Positions 10,025 to 19,868 are shown, numbered from the stretch's first letter. The stretch: 32,000 bases of DNA from Nostoc sp. PCC 7120 = FACHB-418 (GCF_000009705.1 NC_003272.1:4710001-4742000); one strand, 5' to 3'. Notes: generated from the letters alone by a model not told the origin. Numbers and translations: made by a program.

Positions 10025-11896
10025 ATGGTTGGTTACACTGTGCATCTGTATTCAACAAACAAACACCCTTCTTTTTCGGTTCTCACCGATACAGGAAATA
10101 GTCTAGAAGACCAGCAGGAAGACTCTATGAGAGTAGCAGTCCAGCAGGAAGATTTACAGCTATTAAGCAGAACTTTGCAAGAACAATTTCTTGCCGAAGT
10201 TCCCTCTGGCGAATTTTTCCAGATTAAGTGTGCGGTCAACAAAGATGAGTTAATGATCCTAACTCAACATCCAGTTAGCGTAAAAGTTAATACAGAGGAA
10301 ATTTTTGCAGTACTTGAGGAAGCACTGCAATCATTACCACCTTATCAGGATCAGCAAGTCCAATGTTTTCTGAGAATTGTGGGGGAAAAACTCCCTTACG
10401 CTAAACGTTCCCTGACTATGAAGGGATACGGAAAGACGGAAAGCCCTATCATTCAACAAGATGATGAAGACCAGGAAGACGAGGAAGCAACGTCGTTTTC
10501 ATCGTTGGCATTACCTTTAAGTCATTCAACTGCAACAGATGCCGTCGAATATGAAGAAGGAGTATTTGACCCCTTAGCTGGTACACCAGATTTATTAACA
10601 AACCCGTCTCAGCGCCCTTTGAAAAAGATTCTGTTAGGGGCTGTGGTGGGAATTTCTCTCTTAGGTAGTGGTGGTGCTTACCTAGTAACTCGTCCTTGTG
10701 TGATGTCTGTGTGTCAAGAGTTCCAATCTGCCCAGCAACTCAACACTCAATTTAGGCAATTGATCAGTCGTGCCAGGTCAGAAAAAGATTTGACAACATT
10801 ACAACAACAGCTAGAAACGACTAGCATAGCCTTAGGGGTAATCCCTCCTTGGTCATCTTATTCCCAACAAGCAGCAGAACTCAAAACTAATCTGTCTGGA
10901 CGTTCCGAAAAAATTAGCCAAGTCAACAAAGCTTTGCAGGCGGCTTCAGTTGCAGAGCAAAAAATGCAAACTCCTGCTACTAGTCAAGACGAATTACAAG
11001 CTAGACAACAACTGTGGCGACAAGCGATAACGCCCCTGGAAGCAATCAGCCCTAATCATGAACTCTATAGACTGGTACAGCCAAAATTAATTAAATATCG
11101 GATTCATTTACAAACCATCAATCAGCAATTACTCGCTCAAGAAAAGTGGGTGAAAAAGTTAGCAGATGCTAAGGGCGTGGCCAGTGTAGCCAATAAGTGG
11201 GAAACAACAGCCAAATCTTTGAAAGATTGGCAAAGGGTGCAGTCTACTTGGCAAGTAGTAATTAATGCCTTGAATGTTATACCTCAGTCGAGTCCGGCAT
11301 CTCAAGAGGCACAACAACTATTACTAGAATATAAACCTAAACTTGCAAGAGCGCGCGATCGCGTTACCATCGAACAACTAGCAGCTAAAAGCTACCAACA
11401 ACTTCTTGGTATAGCCAGCCAAGCTAAAGCTTATGAGCAAAAACAAGAATGGCAGGCAGCTGTTATTTATTGGCAACAAGCTTTACAGGCAGCTAAACAA
11501 ATTTCTAACAATAGCTTGTATTACAATCAAGCTCAGAGTTTAATCACACCATACTCAGCTTCCCTTCAACAGGCACAGGAAAAACTAATTTTAAATAATA
11601 GTTGGCAACAAACCCGTGCTGACTTAAATAAAACTTGTTCTAGTGAAATTAGGATTTGTAACTTTACCGTAGACGATAAAGGAATCATCGTCAAAATTAC
11701 CCCTGAATATGAACAAGTACTACAAAGTAGTATTTCCGATAATAATGCTCAAGATTCTTCTCTTGCGGTTGGCATTACTAATCATTGGCAAACCTTACAA
11801 GAAGCTTTAACAGTAATTAGCGAAAACGCCAACTTGCCTCTGTTTATTTATAATGTCCAAGATCAAGTAATTTATATGCGAACACCAGGGGAATAG
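10025..11896 (+). CDS. membrane-anchored Gln-rich helical protein of unknown function
   Basis: 623-aa ORF with an acidic tract (DDEDQEDEE), one clear TM helix (ILLGAVVGISLLGSGGAYLV) and a long Q/A/L-rich helical C-terminal part. The start is uncertain; an in-frame ATG at 10127 is possible. Confidence 0.6.
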   Translation: MVGYTVHLYSTNKHPSFSVLTDTGNSLEDQQEDSMRVAVQQEDLQLLSRTLQEQFLAEVPSGEFFQIKCAVNKDELMILTQHPVSVKVNTEEIFAVLEEALQSLPPYQDQQVQCFLRIVGEKLPYAKRSLTMKGYGKTESPIIQQDDEDQEDEEATSFSSLALPLSHSTATDAVEYEEGVFDPLAGTPDLLTNPSQRPLKKILLGAVVGISLLGSGGAYLVTRPCVMSVCQEFQSAQQLNTQFRQLISRARSEKDLTTLQQQLETTSIALGVIPPWSSYSQQAAELKTNLSGRSEKISQVNKALQAASVAEQKMQTPATSQDELQARQQLWRQAITPLEAISPNHELYRLVQPKLIKYRIHLQTINQQLLAQEKWVKKLADAKGVASVANKWETTAKSLKDWQRVQSTWQVVINALNVIPQSSPASQEAQQLLLEYKPKLARARDRVTIEQLAAKSYQQLLGIASQAKAYEQKQEWQAAVIYWQQALQAAKQISNNSLYYNQAQSLITPYSASLQQAQEKLILNNSWQQTRADLNKTCSSEIRICNFTVDDKGIIVKITPEYEQVLQSSISDNNAQDSSLAVGITNHWQTLQEALTVISENANLPLFIYNVQDQVIYMRTPGE

Positions 11897-11969
11897 CAGC
11901 TAGAGCGCCGTAGTAGTGCGGTGCTTAGGCTTTGCTAGTCCCCAGTCTCCTAATCCTTGTCCCAACTTT

Positions 11970-13121
11970 TTAGGGCGGTGGTGGTGGTTCTGGTGGTGGT
12001 GGTGGCGGTCGGTCTGGCGGTGGTGGGTCTGGTGGCGGTGGTGGGTCTGGCGGTGGCGGTGGCGGTGGGTCTGGCGGTGGCGGTGGGTCTGGTGGTGGTG
12101 GTGGGTCTGGCGGTGGCGGGTCTGGCGGTGGCGGGTCTGGCGGTGGCGGTGGGTCTGGCGGTGGTGGTGGGTCTGATGGCGGTGGCGGGTCTGGTTGTAC
12201 GTTATTGATATTGTTATTGATATCGTTTATATCGCCATCATTACCTAATTGTTGACCATTCTGAAATAGAAATTCTCCTATGTCTACTAACGAATTGATG
12301 GGAAAATCATTTGTTATGAAATCATCTTCGTCATTATCTTCATCTATTACCTCAGAGGAGGTAGTACTTAGTTCTAAAAAAGCTGGGTTTTCCATCACCC
12401 CTTGACCCGCAACAGGTGACTGTGCTGCCAAGGCGGCCTTAATTTCCTCTCGAACAGCAATCATAGCTGGATCTAGTGTTGCTGAAGAGTTTTTGCCAGT
12501 TAAATCCAAACCTTCAGTCAAATCACTTGTTTCATAGAAATTTTGTAGATCAAAATCATATAAACTCTGAATTTTGCCTTTGACAAGAACTAAAAGTTGT
12601 CCTGCTTTTAGCGGTTGAGTTTGAGATGCGTCTTTGTTAGACACTGCTATCCCACTATTTGTTAGCGCACCAATAATCGTCGTATCCGTTTTTTGGTCAT
12701 AACGAATGAATAGCGCGGAACCACGAATGGCGGCTGTTGCACTTGGTGTTTGAATACGTGTTTGTCCTCTTCCTGGTGGAATTAGCAGTAATACTGTCCC
12801 ATTAGACAATCGAAAATTCCGCGTCCTGGGCATAAATTGAAATACTGCTTGTTCACCAACCCTTGCCAGAGAACCGTCGTTGAAACGCAAGTCCGCTAAA
12901 GAAGCTCGACCAGTTGATAACCCATCCCCTGGAATAATTGCATCCGATTTTTGTGCTGGACGTTTATTTCTAGATGCTCTTTGAATTAATTGGACAAAGT
13001 TACGAATGCTCTGAATCTCAGCACGAGTTAAGGGAGTATTGGCATTTACTTGAGGTGGCGAAATCAATACCATCACCCCGCACAATCCAAAGCAAAATAA
13101 TGGGATAAGGTTCAAGCGCAT
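11970..13121 (-). CDS. secreted FecR-domain protein with C-terminal poly-proline (DPPPP[P])n tail
   Basis: Signal peptide MRLNLIPLFCFGLCGVMVLISPPQVNA. FecR-like core LRFNDGSLARVGEQAVFQF...RLSNGTVLLLIPPG. The last ~75 aa are almost pure D/P repeats. Confidence 0.7.
   Translation of the reverse strand: MRLNLIPLFCFGLCGVMVLISPPQVNANTPLTRAEIQSIRNFVQLIQRASRNKRPAQKSDAIIPGDGLSTGRASLADLRFNDGSLARVGEQAVFQFMPRTRNFRLSNGTVLLLIPPGRGQTRIQTPSATAAIRGSALFIRYDQKTDTTIIGALTNSGIAVSNKDASQTQPLKAGQLLVLVKGKIQSLYDFDLQNFYETSDLTEGLDLTGKNSSATLDPAMIAVREEIKAALAAQSPVAGQGVMENPAFLELSTTSSEVIDEDNDEDDFITNDFPINSLVDIGEFLFQNGQQLGNDGDINDINNNINNVQPDPPPPSDPPPPPDPPPPPDPPPPDPPPPDPPPPPDPPPPPDPPPPPPPDPPPPPDPPPPDRPPPPPPEPPPPP
11973..12197 (-). 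repeat. in-frame 15/18-nt tandem repeat encoding (DPPPP/DPPPPP) x ~12
   Basis: The plus strand reads GGTGGCGGTGGGTCT-type units reiterated with small variations. This is the 3' end of the FecR-domain CDS. Confidence 0.85.
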
Positions 13122-13315
13122 AATTTTGAATTTAGAAAATTTAACTGAAACTAACCCCGCAAAACAAACTTAGTTTTTTAAATTATGATTTTGTGAATTT
13201 TATATTCTAGTTCGTTTTGACTATAAGTTCTCTCGTTTTTATCTACTAAATATAATATGAGGTTGTGTACATTTAAGTATAATATTAAGATTCATCTTTA
13301 CATCGATTCATCAAG

Positions 13316-14659
13316 ATGTATCTTCAAGGCTGGCAACATTTTTTACTGACGATTGTGGTTGCTTCTATTAGCGGAAGCGGCTTTTGCATCAAAGCAGATG
13401 CAGCAAAGGTTAAACAGTCTGATAGATTATATTGTCAGAATCAGATAGGCAACGAAGAAAAAAATTTTTATTTTGAAAACACAAATTCAACGATATGCCA
13501 AGTTAGCACTAACTCGTCTTTGTCTGAGTTAGATGGGTTTGATAGGGTATCTACACGACAGATCCTGTTAGATGTCATAGCTGCAAAATCGCTAACGCCT
13601 GAGGTTATTCCCGCTTATGAACTTCCTAATCTTAGTATTAGTCAGCAAAATAATGAATCTCCGCAGTTAGAAGGACAACCTGGGTTTGTTCCTCAACCTA
13701 ACCAGAAACCGATGGAACCTTTATTAACCTCACCTCCACTAAATTATAGTGAAAGGTTAGAGAGACTCAGACAAAGGTTGCGGAAAGCAAAACAGCCAAG
13801 TTCGGAAGCGGAAAGTTACCGGGAATTAGGATTAAGGGTGAGAGAGAGAGCATTACCAGCACCGATTGAACAACCTCCACAACCTCCGACAGAGCGACCT
13901 AGAGATAAGTTTAAGCCCATAGGTTCGTTACAAGCTTATGTAGGCTATTTTCATACAGATAATATTTTTTCGTCTGATACTTCACCTATAGAAGATGGGT
14001 TATTTTTTTATGGGTTAAGACTCGCTTCAGCATATTTCCCCTTGGGAAGGAGTACTTATTTAAGTGGATCGATTGATGGCAACTTGATTCGTTATGTAGA
14101 TCAACCAAAGTACAATTACAACCAATTAGTATTTAACTTGGGGATTTATCAACAGTTTTCCAAACGAATGTATGGTGAAATCGGTTGGAGTAATCAACAG
14201 TTTTTTCATGCTAAAAATAGCGATGTCTTCCAAGTGGGCGATCGCTTCCTAAATGAAAATTCCTTGCATTTATCTTTAGGAAGGAGAGATCCTCTCACCG
14301 ACAAACTCACGCTAGATAGCTTTTACGAATTGAGTTGGAAGTTAGCTGACCCGGATGATCGTAGTCGGATCATGAACTCCTTCTGGTTATCTTTAAGTTA
14401 TTCCCTGCAAAAGCCTTTACAGGTTGGGTTGAACTATCAGTTAAACTTATCAGATTTTACGGAGAGCGATCGCCAGGGCGTAGCCCATCGCACCGATCAA
14501 TATCATCGCTTATATGGCAGCATCATTTACCGTGTATCTGGTTCTAGTAGCCTGAATCTTCAGACTGGCTTTAGTTTTGGTGATTCTACAGCAAGTAACA
14601 TTGATTTTGAAAGCTGGTTTTTGAATATTAACTATCATTTGAAAATTGGGGAATTTTAG
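13316..14659 (+). CDS. putative outer-membrane beta-barrel protein (unknown family)
   Basis: N-terminal signal-like hydrophobic segment (LLTIVVASISGSGFCIKADA), a Pro-rich linker, a C-terminal half with alternating hydrophobic/aromatic pattern, and a terminal Phe (...HLKIGEF), as in OMP C-terminal signatures. Divergent from the FecR-domain gene. Confidence 0.5.
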   Translation: MYLQGWQHFLLTIVVASISGSGFCIKADAAKVKQSDRLYCQNQIGNEEKNFYFENTNSTICQVSTNSSLSELDGFDRVSTRQILLDVIAAKSLTPEVIPAYELPNLSISQQNNESPQLEGQPGFVPQPNQKPMEPLLTSPPLNYSERLERLRQRLRKAKQPSSEAESYRELGLRVRERALPAPIEQPPQPPTERPRDKFKPIGSLQAYVGYFHTDNIFSSDTSPIEDGLFFYGLRLASAYFPLGRSTYLSGSIDGNLIRYVDQPKYNYNQLVFNLGIYQQFSKRMYGEIGWSNQQFFHAKNSDVFQVGDRFLNENSLHLSLGRRDPLTDKLTLDSFYELSWKLADPDDRSRIMNSFWLSLSYSLQKPLQVGLNYQLNLSDFTESDRQGVAHRTDQYHRLYGSIIYRVSGSSSLNLQTGFSFGDSTASNIDFESWFLNINYHLKIGEF

Positions 14660-14661
14660 AT

Positions 14662-14720
14662 TTGGTCAATTCAAAGGTTGTACACCAATGACCAATGACT
14701 AATAACTAATCCAATCACTC
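14662..14720. repeat. STRR2-like heptamers (TTGGTCA / TGACCAA) forming an inverted repeat
   Basis: TTGGTCA at 14662-14668 faces TGACCAA at ~14689-14695. The run CCAATGA CCAATGA CTAATAA CTAATCC extends into the 3' end of the sulfurtransferase CDS. It lies between convergent genes. Confidence 0.5.
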
Positions 14721-15532
14721 CAACTACCTGCGTACAGTTTACCTGTATGAATCCCGGCTACTTCCAAAGAGAGAAGGTTCACACAAGCTGTTACACCCGA
14801 ACCACAGTAAACTAAAATTTCTTCGGCGGTCGCCAGATTTTGCCATCTTTGTTGATGTTTTGTTAGAGGAATTGAGTAGCCGCTACTATCTGTAACTTCC
14901 ATCCAAGGATAATTGACTGCGCCAGCAATATGGCCTGCAATTTTATCAATTGGCTCTCGTTCACCTCGGTAGCGATCGCTCTCTCTTGAATCTACCAAAA
15001 CGACCGTCGGTAAATCTTTACGATTTTTGACATCTTCAATATCTACTAACAGTTGTGTTTGTATTTGCGGCACAAAATTAGCTGTTTTGAGTTGAGGAAT
15101 AACATCAGTAATAGGATAGCCAGCTTGTTCCCATTGGCTAAAACCTCCATTTAATACTGCAACTTGCTCATGTCCTAAATAGCGCAATAACCACCAAAGA
15201 CGAGAAGCAAAAGCAAAGCGGGAGTCATCATAAGCAACAACCAAAGTTTTTTGAAACTCTATCCCCATACTTGCTAACTTCTGCGCTAACTCATCCGGGT
15301 TGGGTAAAGGATGTCTTCCACCATGCTCACCCACAGGACTTGAGAGATCCAAGTTTAAGTCTAGGTAATAGGCTCCTTCTATATGACTTGTTTGGTACTG
15401 CTGTTTTCCTAACTGTGGGTCGGCTAGAGAAAAGCGACAGTCAACAATCACAACATCTATATTGTGAAGGTTTTGCAAAAGCCAACTCGATGAAACAACC
15501 AATTGAGTATCTGTCATAAGGGACTTTTCCAC
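14699..15532 (-). CDS. sseA: 3-mercaptopyruvate sulfurtransferase (tandem rhodanese domains)
   Basis: 277 aa with two rhodanese domains. The active-site loop CGSGVTAC matches the CG(S/T)GVT signature of MST rather than the CRKGVT signature of thiosulfate sulfurtransferase. Confidence 0.85.
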   Translation of the reverse strand: MEKSLMTDTQLVVSSSWLLQNLHNIDVVIVDCRFSLADPQLGKQQYQTSHIEGAYYLDLNLDLSSPVGEHGGRHPLPNPDELAQKLASMGIEFQKTLVVAYDDSRFAFASRLWWLLRYLGHEQVAVLNGGFSQWEQAGYPITDVIPQLKTANFVPQIQTQLLVDIEDVKNRKDLPTVVLVDSRESDRYRGEREPIDKIAGHIAGAVNYPWMEVTDSSGYSIPLTKHQQRWQNLATAEEILVYCGSGVTACVNLLSLEVAGIHTGKLYAGSWSDWISY

Positions 15533-15615
15533 TAAAAAATATCCTGTTTACTGAGCAGTGCTGAAGTATGGTCTCCTGCTTTATCTAAACTATAAATATT
15601 AACGTTTATCTACTC

Positions 15616-16527
15616 ATGTCAGAATTGCAAAAATTTATACCCCAATCTACAGGAGATGGTTCTTTTACTTTTTTCTCCCAAGAATTTAATGAGGCTTTTC
15701 ACAGCCATTTCGGAGCCAAACAGGAAAGTTTTTTCAAGTTTGTCAGTCCTACTCAGTTGGCTATAGCTGCTCACCAACCAGTTTTGCGCTTATTAGATAT
15801 TTGTTATGGACTAGGATACAACACAGCTGCAGCTTTGGAGACAATTTGGGAAGTGAATCCCAGTTGTTCTGTTGAATTAATTGGTTTAGAACTGAATCTC
15901 TCTGTACCCCAAGCAGCTATTGAGCATCAGTTATTCGATAACTGGAACTACCCCTACACAGATATTTTGACTAGGTTAGCTTTTGAACAACAGGTGCAAA
16001 CAGATTGCCTCAAAGCAAAACTGATCATTGGTGATGCTAGAAATGCTATTTGTGAAGTAAATCATTTAAATTTTCAAGCTGATGCTATTTTTTTAGACCC
16101 CTTTTCACCTCCTCAATGTCCGCAATTATGGAGTGTGGAATTTATTCAGCAAGTAGCACTGTGTTTACACGCGAGTGGCTTGTTAGCAACTTATTCTTGT
16201 GCAGCTGCGGTACGTACAGCACTGTTAATGGCAGGATTGCATATAGGTTCGACTCCACCAGTCGGTAGGCGATCGCCTGGTACTGTTGCAGCGCACCCTA
16301 ACAGCTTTGAATGCAATATCCACTCAGTACTTCCTCCCCTTTCTCAAGCGGAAGAGGAACACCTTTTAACTCGCGCAGCAATTCCTTACCGCGATCCAAA
16401 ACTTAATGATCCTGCTCATGTAATAGTGGCGCGCCGAAGACAGGAACAACAAGCCAGTTCCCTGGAACCTACATCACGTTGGCGGAAACGGTGTTTACCG
16501 CGATCCGTAATGAGTCCTGAGCTATAA
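15616..16527 (+). CDS. stand-alone MnmC methyltransferase-domain (DUF752/MnmD-like) SAM-dependent tRNA U34 methyltransferase
   Basis: LLDICYGLGYN (SAM motif I-like) and DAIFLDPFSP..PQLWS are characteristic of the MnmC N-terminal methyltransferase domain. No FAD-oxidase domain is present. The protein has a ~90-aa basic C-terminal extension. Confidence 0.7.
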   Translation: MSELQKFIPQSTGDGSFTFFSQEFNEAFHSHFGAKQESFFKFVSPTQLAIAAHQPVLRLLDICYGLGYNTAAALETIWEVNPSCSVELIGLELNLSVPQAAIEHQLFDNWNYPYTDILTRLAFEQQVQTDCLKAKLIIGDARNAICEVNHLNFQADAIFLDPFSPPQCPQLWSVEFIQQVALCLHASGLLATYSCAAAVRTALLMAGLHIGSTPPVGRRSPGTVAAHPNSFECNIHSVLPPLSQAEEEHLLTRAAIPYRDPKLNDPAHVIVARRRQEQQASSLEPTSRWRKRCLPRSVMSPEL

Positions 16528-16561
16528 GTTCTGGGTAAATTCCCGGAAATTATGTCCAGTG

Positions 16562-16582
16562 GCCTCTAATATATTCAGAGGC
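16562..16582 (+). terminator. weak hairpin 3' of the mnmC-like gene
   Basis: GCCTCT-aatatattc-AGAGGC lies 35 nt after the stop. No U-tract follows, so terminator function is doubtful. Confidence 0.3.
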
Positions 16583-17101
16583 ATCAATTCAGTAGTAATA
16601 CTTAACTAGTTGTAGTTTAAAAAGATTTGCCGAGAACAAATGTAAAAATTTCAACAAGATTTCCAAATTTTCCTAAATAAATTGAGGTGTGCATATTAAG
16701 TTTGTATAATTTATGTATTGTAATATACAATATTACCTGTGAATTGAAATTATGTGATGATTTACTTAACGCTCTTAAAAGAAAATAAACACCGATTTTG
16801 TGCCATCGAAATAGAAACAAAGAAACTCAAACCTCCCAACCTGTATATGGATTGAACAATTATGAATTTTTCTGGCGCTATTATGTTAGTAAATATCAGT
16901 AAAAAACCTGATTTAACATTTGCGATAATTCATCATACTGGAGTTAGAAATAGGGAAGTTAGTAGAAGAATTATTTTCAGTACATTTTTTGGCTTTTGAC
17001 CTCGCATAAAAATTCTGGTGTGTTAACTTAAGCAGTCAGCTTTACATAGAATCTAAAACTTTTGAAAAGTCGGCTGGATATATTCGGCTACGCAGTTTGG
17101 T

Positions 17102-18391
17102 TTGAAGTCGGGCGCTATTAATTTTTTAAACGATTGGGGTACTTCTGTGATTAAAAGGAGTGGTGATAATACAACCTCTACTGAACATAATGTTAGTGGG
17201 TCAGACCCCCCAAACAAATTAAATAGTATTAGTTCAAATCGCGTTTCCGGAGTACAAAACGCCAAAGATAGTTCCTTAGCATTGTCCAAAGAAGATTTTC
17301 TGGTTAGTGAAAGCACGCAAAGTACTACTTGGCTGACCTGTGGGATTAATTCTGGTTACAACTCTTTAATCTCTGGAACTTTACAAGCCCAAATTTCTCA
17401 AGTGAAAGGCTTTGATGCAGAATCGCCAAAAGTTTTAGTAGTCGATGATCACAGTGCTAGTCGGATGACGGCTGCTGCTCTTTTGGGTATGGAAGGCTAC
17501 GCAGTAATTGAAGCAGATAGTGGTGCTACGGCGATAAAACTGGTAGGACAACAACAACCTGATCTGATCTTGCTGGATGTAATGATGCCGGAAATGGACG
17601 GGTTTGAAGTATGCCAATTACTCAAGCAAGATGAACATACTCGATTGATCCCCGTAATTTTTATTACGGCCTTGAATGATAGGCGATCGCGCATCCGAGG
17701 TATTGAAGTAGGTGCAGATGATTTCTTAAGTAAACCTTTTGACCGAGTGGAATTAGTAGCGCGTGTCAAATCTTTGGTGCAACAAAAGCGTTTGAATGAA
17801 GATTTAGACCATGCAGCACAAGTACTATTTTCCATAGCTAGCGCTATTGAAAGTCGTGATCCCAATACTGGCGACCACTGCGAACGCTTAGTTACCTTAG
17901 GACAAGCCTTTGGTGAGTACCTCACTCTTTCGCGCCACCAAATTCGAGATTTGATGTGGGGTGGCTATCTTCACGATATCGGCAAAGTAGGAATTCCCGA
18001 TGCTGTGTTGCTAAAAACAGGCAAACTTACCCCTGAAGATTGGGTAATTATGAAGCAACACGTTTTAATCGGCGAAAAAATCTGTCAACCTCTACGCAGT
18101 ATGCAGGGTGTAGTTCCCATCATTCGTCATCACCACGAACGTTGGGATGGTTCAGGTTATCCTGATGGACTCAAAGGGGATGAAATTCCTTACTTGGCGC
18201 AAGTCTTTCAGATTATTGATATTTATGATGCGTTAACTAGCGAACGTCCCTACAAAAAAGCTTATACTCCAGAAGAAGCATTGTGTATAATGCTGGATGA
18301 AACTGAAACGGGATGGCGTAATCCTAAATTGATGCAGCAGTTTGCGGAGTTTATTCTCTCACACCATAAGGATTCGGGGAGTGCTGAGTAG
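17102..18391 (+). CDS. response regulator with HD-GYP phosphodiesterase output domain (RpfG-type)
   Basis: REC domain (KVLVVDDH...DLILLDVMMPEMDG...SKP) followed by HD-GYP motifs (HDIGK, HHERWDGSGYP). The first ~100 codons are S/N-rich low complexity with no internal ATG, so GTG 17402 (VKGFDAESPKVLVVDD) is a plausible true start. Confidence 0.85.
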   Translation: MKSGAINFLNDWGTSVIKRSGDNTTSTEHNVSGSDPPNKLNSISSNRVSGVQNAKDSSLALSKEDFLVSESTQSTTWLTCGINSGYNSLISGTLQAQISQVKGFDAESPKVLVVDDHSASRMTAAALLGMEGYAVIEADSGATAIKLVGQQQPDLILLDVMMPEMDGFEVCQLLKQDEHTRLIPVIFITALNDRRSRIRGIEVGADDFLSKPFDRVELVARVKSLVQQKRLNEDLDHAAQVLFSIASAIESRDPNTGDHCERLVTLGQAFGEYLTLSRHQIRDLMWGGYLHDIGKVGIPDAVLLKTGKLTPEDWVIMKQHVLIGEKICQPLRSMQGVVPIIRHHHERWDGSGYPDGLKGDEIPYLAQVFQIIDIYDALTSERPYKKAYTPEEALCIMLDETETGWRNPKLMQQFAEFILSHHKDSGSAE

Positions 18392-18440
18392 TGAATGCTG
18401 AGTAAGGAATTATCCCTAGTCCCCATGCTCCCTCATTAGC
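18379..18440. repeat. STRR-like heptamers at the 3' end of the HD-GYP gene
   Basis: GAGTGCT GAGTAGT GAATGCT GAGTAAG (period 7), followed by CCCTAGT CCCCATG CTCCCTC. Confidence 0.4.
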
Positions 18441-18512
18441 TGGTATGATTTGAGCCTAAATCTCAAAGTACCAAGCGCAAAAGCGCTATTTATTGAAAGC
18501 TAATAGCTAATT

Positions 18513-19868
18513 ATGGTAGTCGTAGCAATACTAGCAGCAGGACGCGGCACAAGAATGAAATCGGACTTACCCAAAGTTTTACATTCTTTGGGTGGGCGAT
18601 CGCTAGTTGAAAGAGTTATTGACAGTGTAGAACCGCTTTCACCTTCACGGCGACTCGTCATTGTCGGTTATCAGGCTGAACAAGTTAAAACAGGTCTCCA
18701 GTCTCCTAATCTGGAGTTTGTGGAGCAAACTGTGCAGTTAGGAACAGGTCACGCTATCCAACAATTGCTCCCCCACCTTGAGGGTTACAGAGGGGATTTG
18801 CTAGTACTCAATGGTGATGTGCCACTGTTACGCACTCAAACCTTAGAACAGCTATTACAAACTCACCAAACAAATCAGAACGCCGCTACTATCCTGACAT
18901 CCCACCTACCTAACCCCAAAGGCTACGGACGAGTTTTTTGTAACGGTAACAATATTGTGCAGCAAATTGTTGAGGACAAAGATTGTTCTCCAGCCCAGAG
19001 GCAAAATCACCGGATTAATGCCGGGATTTATTGCTTCCGTTGGGAAAATTTAGCGCAAGTTCTACCCCATCTGGAAGCAAACAACGCTCAAAAGGAATAT
19101 TACCTGACAGACGCTGTTACTCAAGTTGGTCAGGTGATGGCAGTAGATGTAGAAGATTATCAAGAAATTTTGGGGATTAACGATCGCCTGCAATTAGCTA
19201 CAGCCTACGAAATTTTGCAGAGGCGAGTCAAAGAACAATGGATGATGGCTGGTGTCACTCTGATAGACCCTAATAGCATCACAATTGATGACACTGTAGA
19301 ATTACAGCCTGATGTGATTATTGAACCCCAAACGCACCTCCGGGGCAGTACTGTGATCCAATCCGGGAGCCGCATCGGGCCGGGAAGTTTAATTGAAAAT
19401 AGCCAGTTGGGTGCAAATGTCACAGTCCACTATTCTGTGGTGACAGATAGTACCATCCAAGATGGCACTAAAATTGGCCCTTATGCCCATTTGCGCGGTC
19501 ATGCTCAAGTCGGTGCTAATTGCCGTATCGGTAATTTTGTCGAGTTGAAAAATACAGAATTAGGCGATCGCACCAACGTAGCGCACTTATCATATTTGGG
19601 TGATGCTACTGCGGGAACACAGGTAAATATTGGTGCAGGGACAATTACTGCCAATTATGACGGCGTGAAAAAGCATCGCACAAAAATAGGCGATCGCACT
19701 AAAACAGGTTCTAATAGTGTCTTGGTTGCCCCTGTAACCTTGGGTGATGATGTCTATGTAGCAGCTGGTTCAACTGTCACCGAAGATGTACCCAATGATT
19801 CCTTAGTAATTGCCCGGACTCGTCAGGTGATAAAACTGGGATGGCGGAGGAAGAGCGGGGAATCGTGA
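18513..19868 (+). CDS. glmU: bifunctional UDP-N-acetylglucosamine pyrophosphorylase / glucosamine-1-phosphate N-acetyltransferase
   Basis: N-terminal [18 protein letters not shown] nucleotidyltransferase motif, a C-terminal left-handed beta-helix with hexapeptide repeats, and NYDG...KT. 451 aa. Confidence 0.95.
   Translation: MVVVAILAAGRGTRMKSDLPKVLHSLGGRSLVERVIDSVEPLSPSRRLVIVGYQAEQVKTGLQSPNLEFVEQTVQLGTGHAIQQLLPHLEGYRGDLLVLNGDVPLLRTQTLEQLLQTHQTNQNAATILTSHLPNPKGYGRVFCNGNNIVQQIVEDKDCSPAQRQNHRINAGIYCFRWENLAQVLPHLEANNAQKEYYLTDAVTQVGQVMAVDVEDYQEILGINDRLQLATAYEILQRRVKEQWMMAGVTLIDPNSITIDDTVELQPDVIIEPQTHLRGSTVIQSGSRIGPGSLIENSQLGANVTVHYSVVTDSTIQDGTKIGPYAHLRGHAQVGANCRIGNFVELKNTELGDRTNVAHLSYLGDATAGTQVNIGAGTITANYDGVKKHRTKIGDRTKTGSNSVLVAPVTLGDDVYVAAGSTVTEDVPNDSLVIARTRQVIKLGWRRKSGES

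Noticed and set aside
11916-12208. Two plus-strand ORFs of 86 and 83 aa (W/R-rich and V/A/G-rich)
   Set aside because: They are the antisense reading of the (DPPPP)n tandem repeat at the 3' end of the FecR-domain CDS. Their composition is extreme low complexity and they have no independent support.
16617-16820. 67-aa minus-strand ORF in the AT-rich spacer upstream of the HD-GYP regulator
   Set aside because: It is a very AT-rich, Lys/Phe/Asn-biased sequence with no motif, in a region more likely to be regulatory. Such ORFs arise by chance in AT-rich DNA.
17053-17925. Minus-strand ORFs of 87, 60 and 142 aa overlapping the response-regulator gene
   Set aside because: They are shadow ORFs antisense to a CDS with clear REC and HD-GYP motifs, and they have no motifs of their own.
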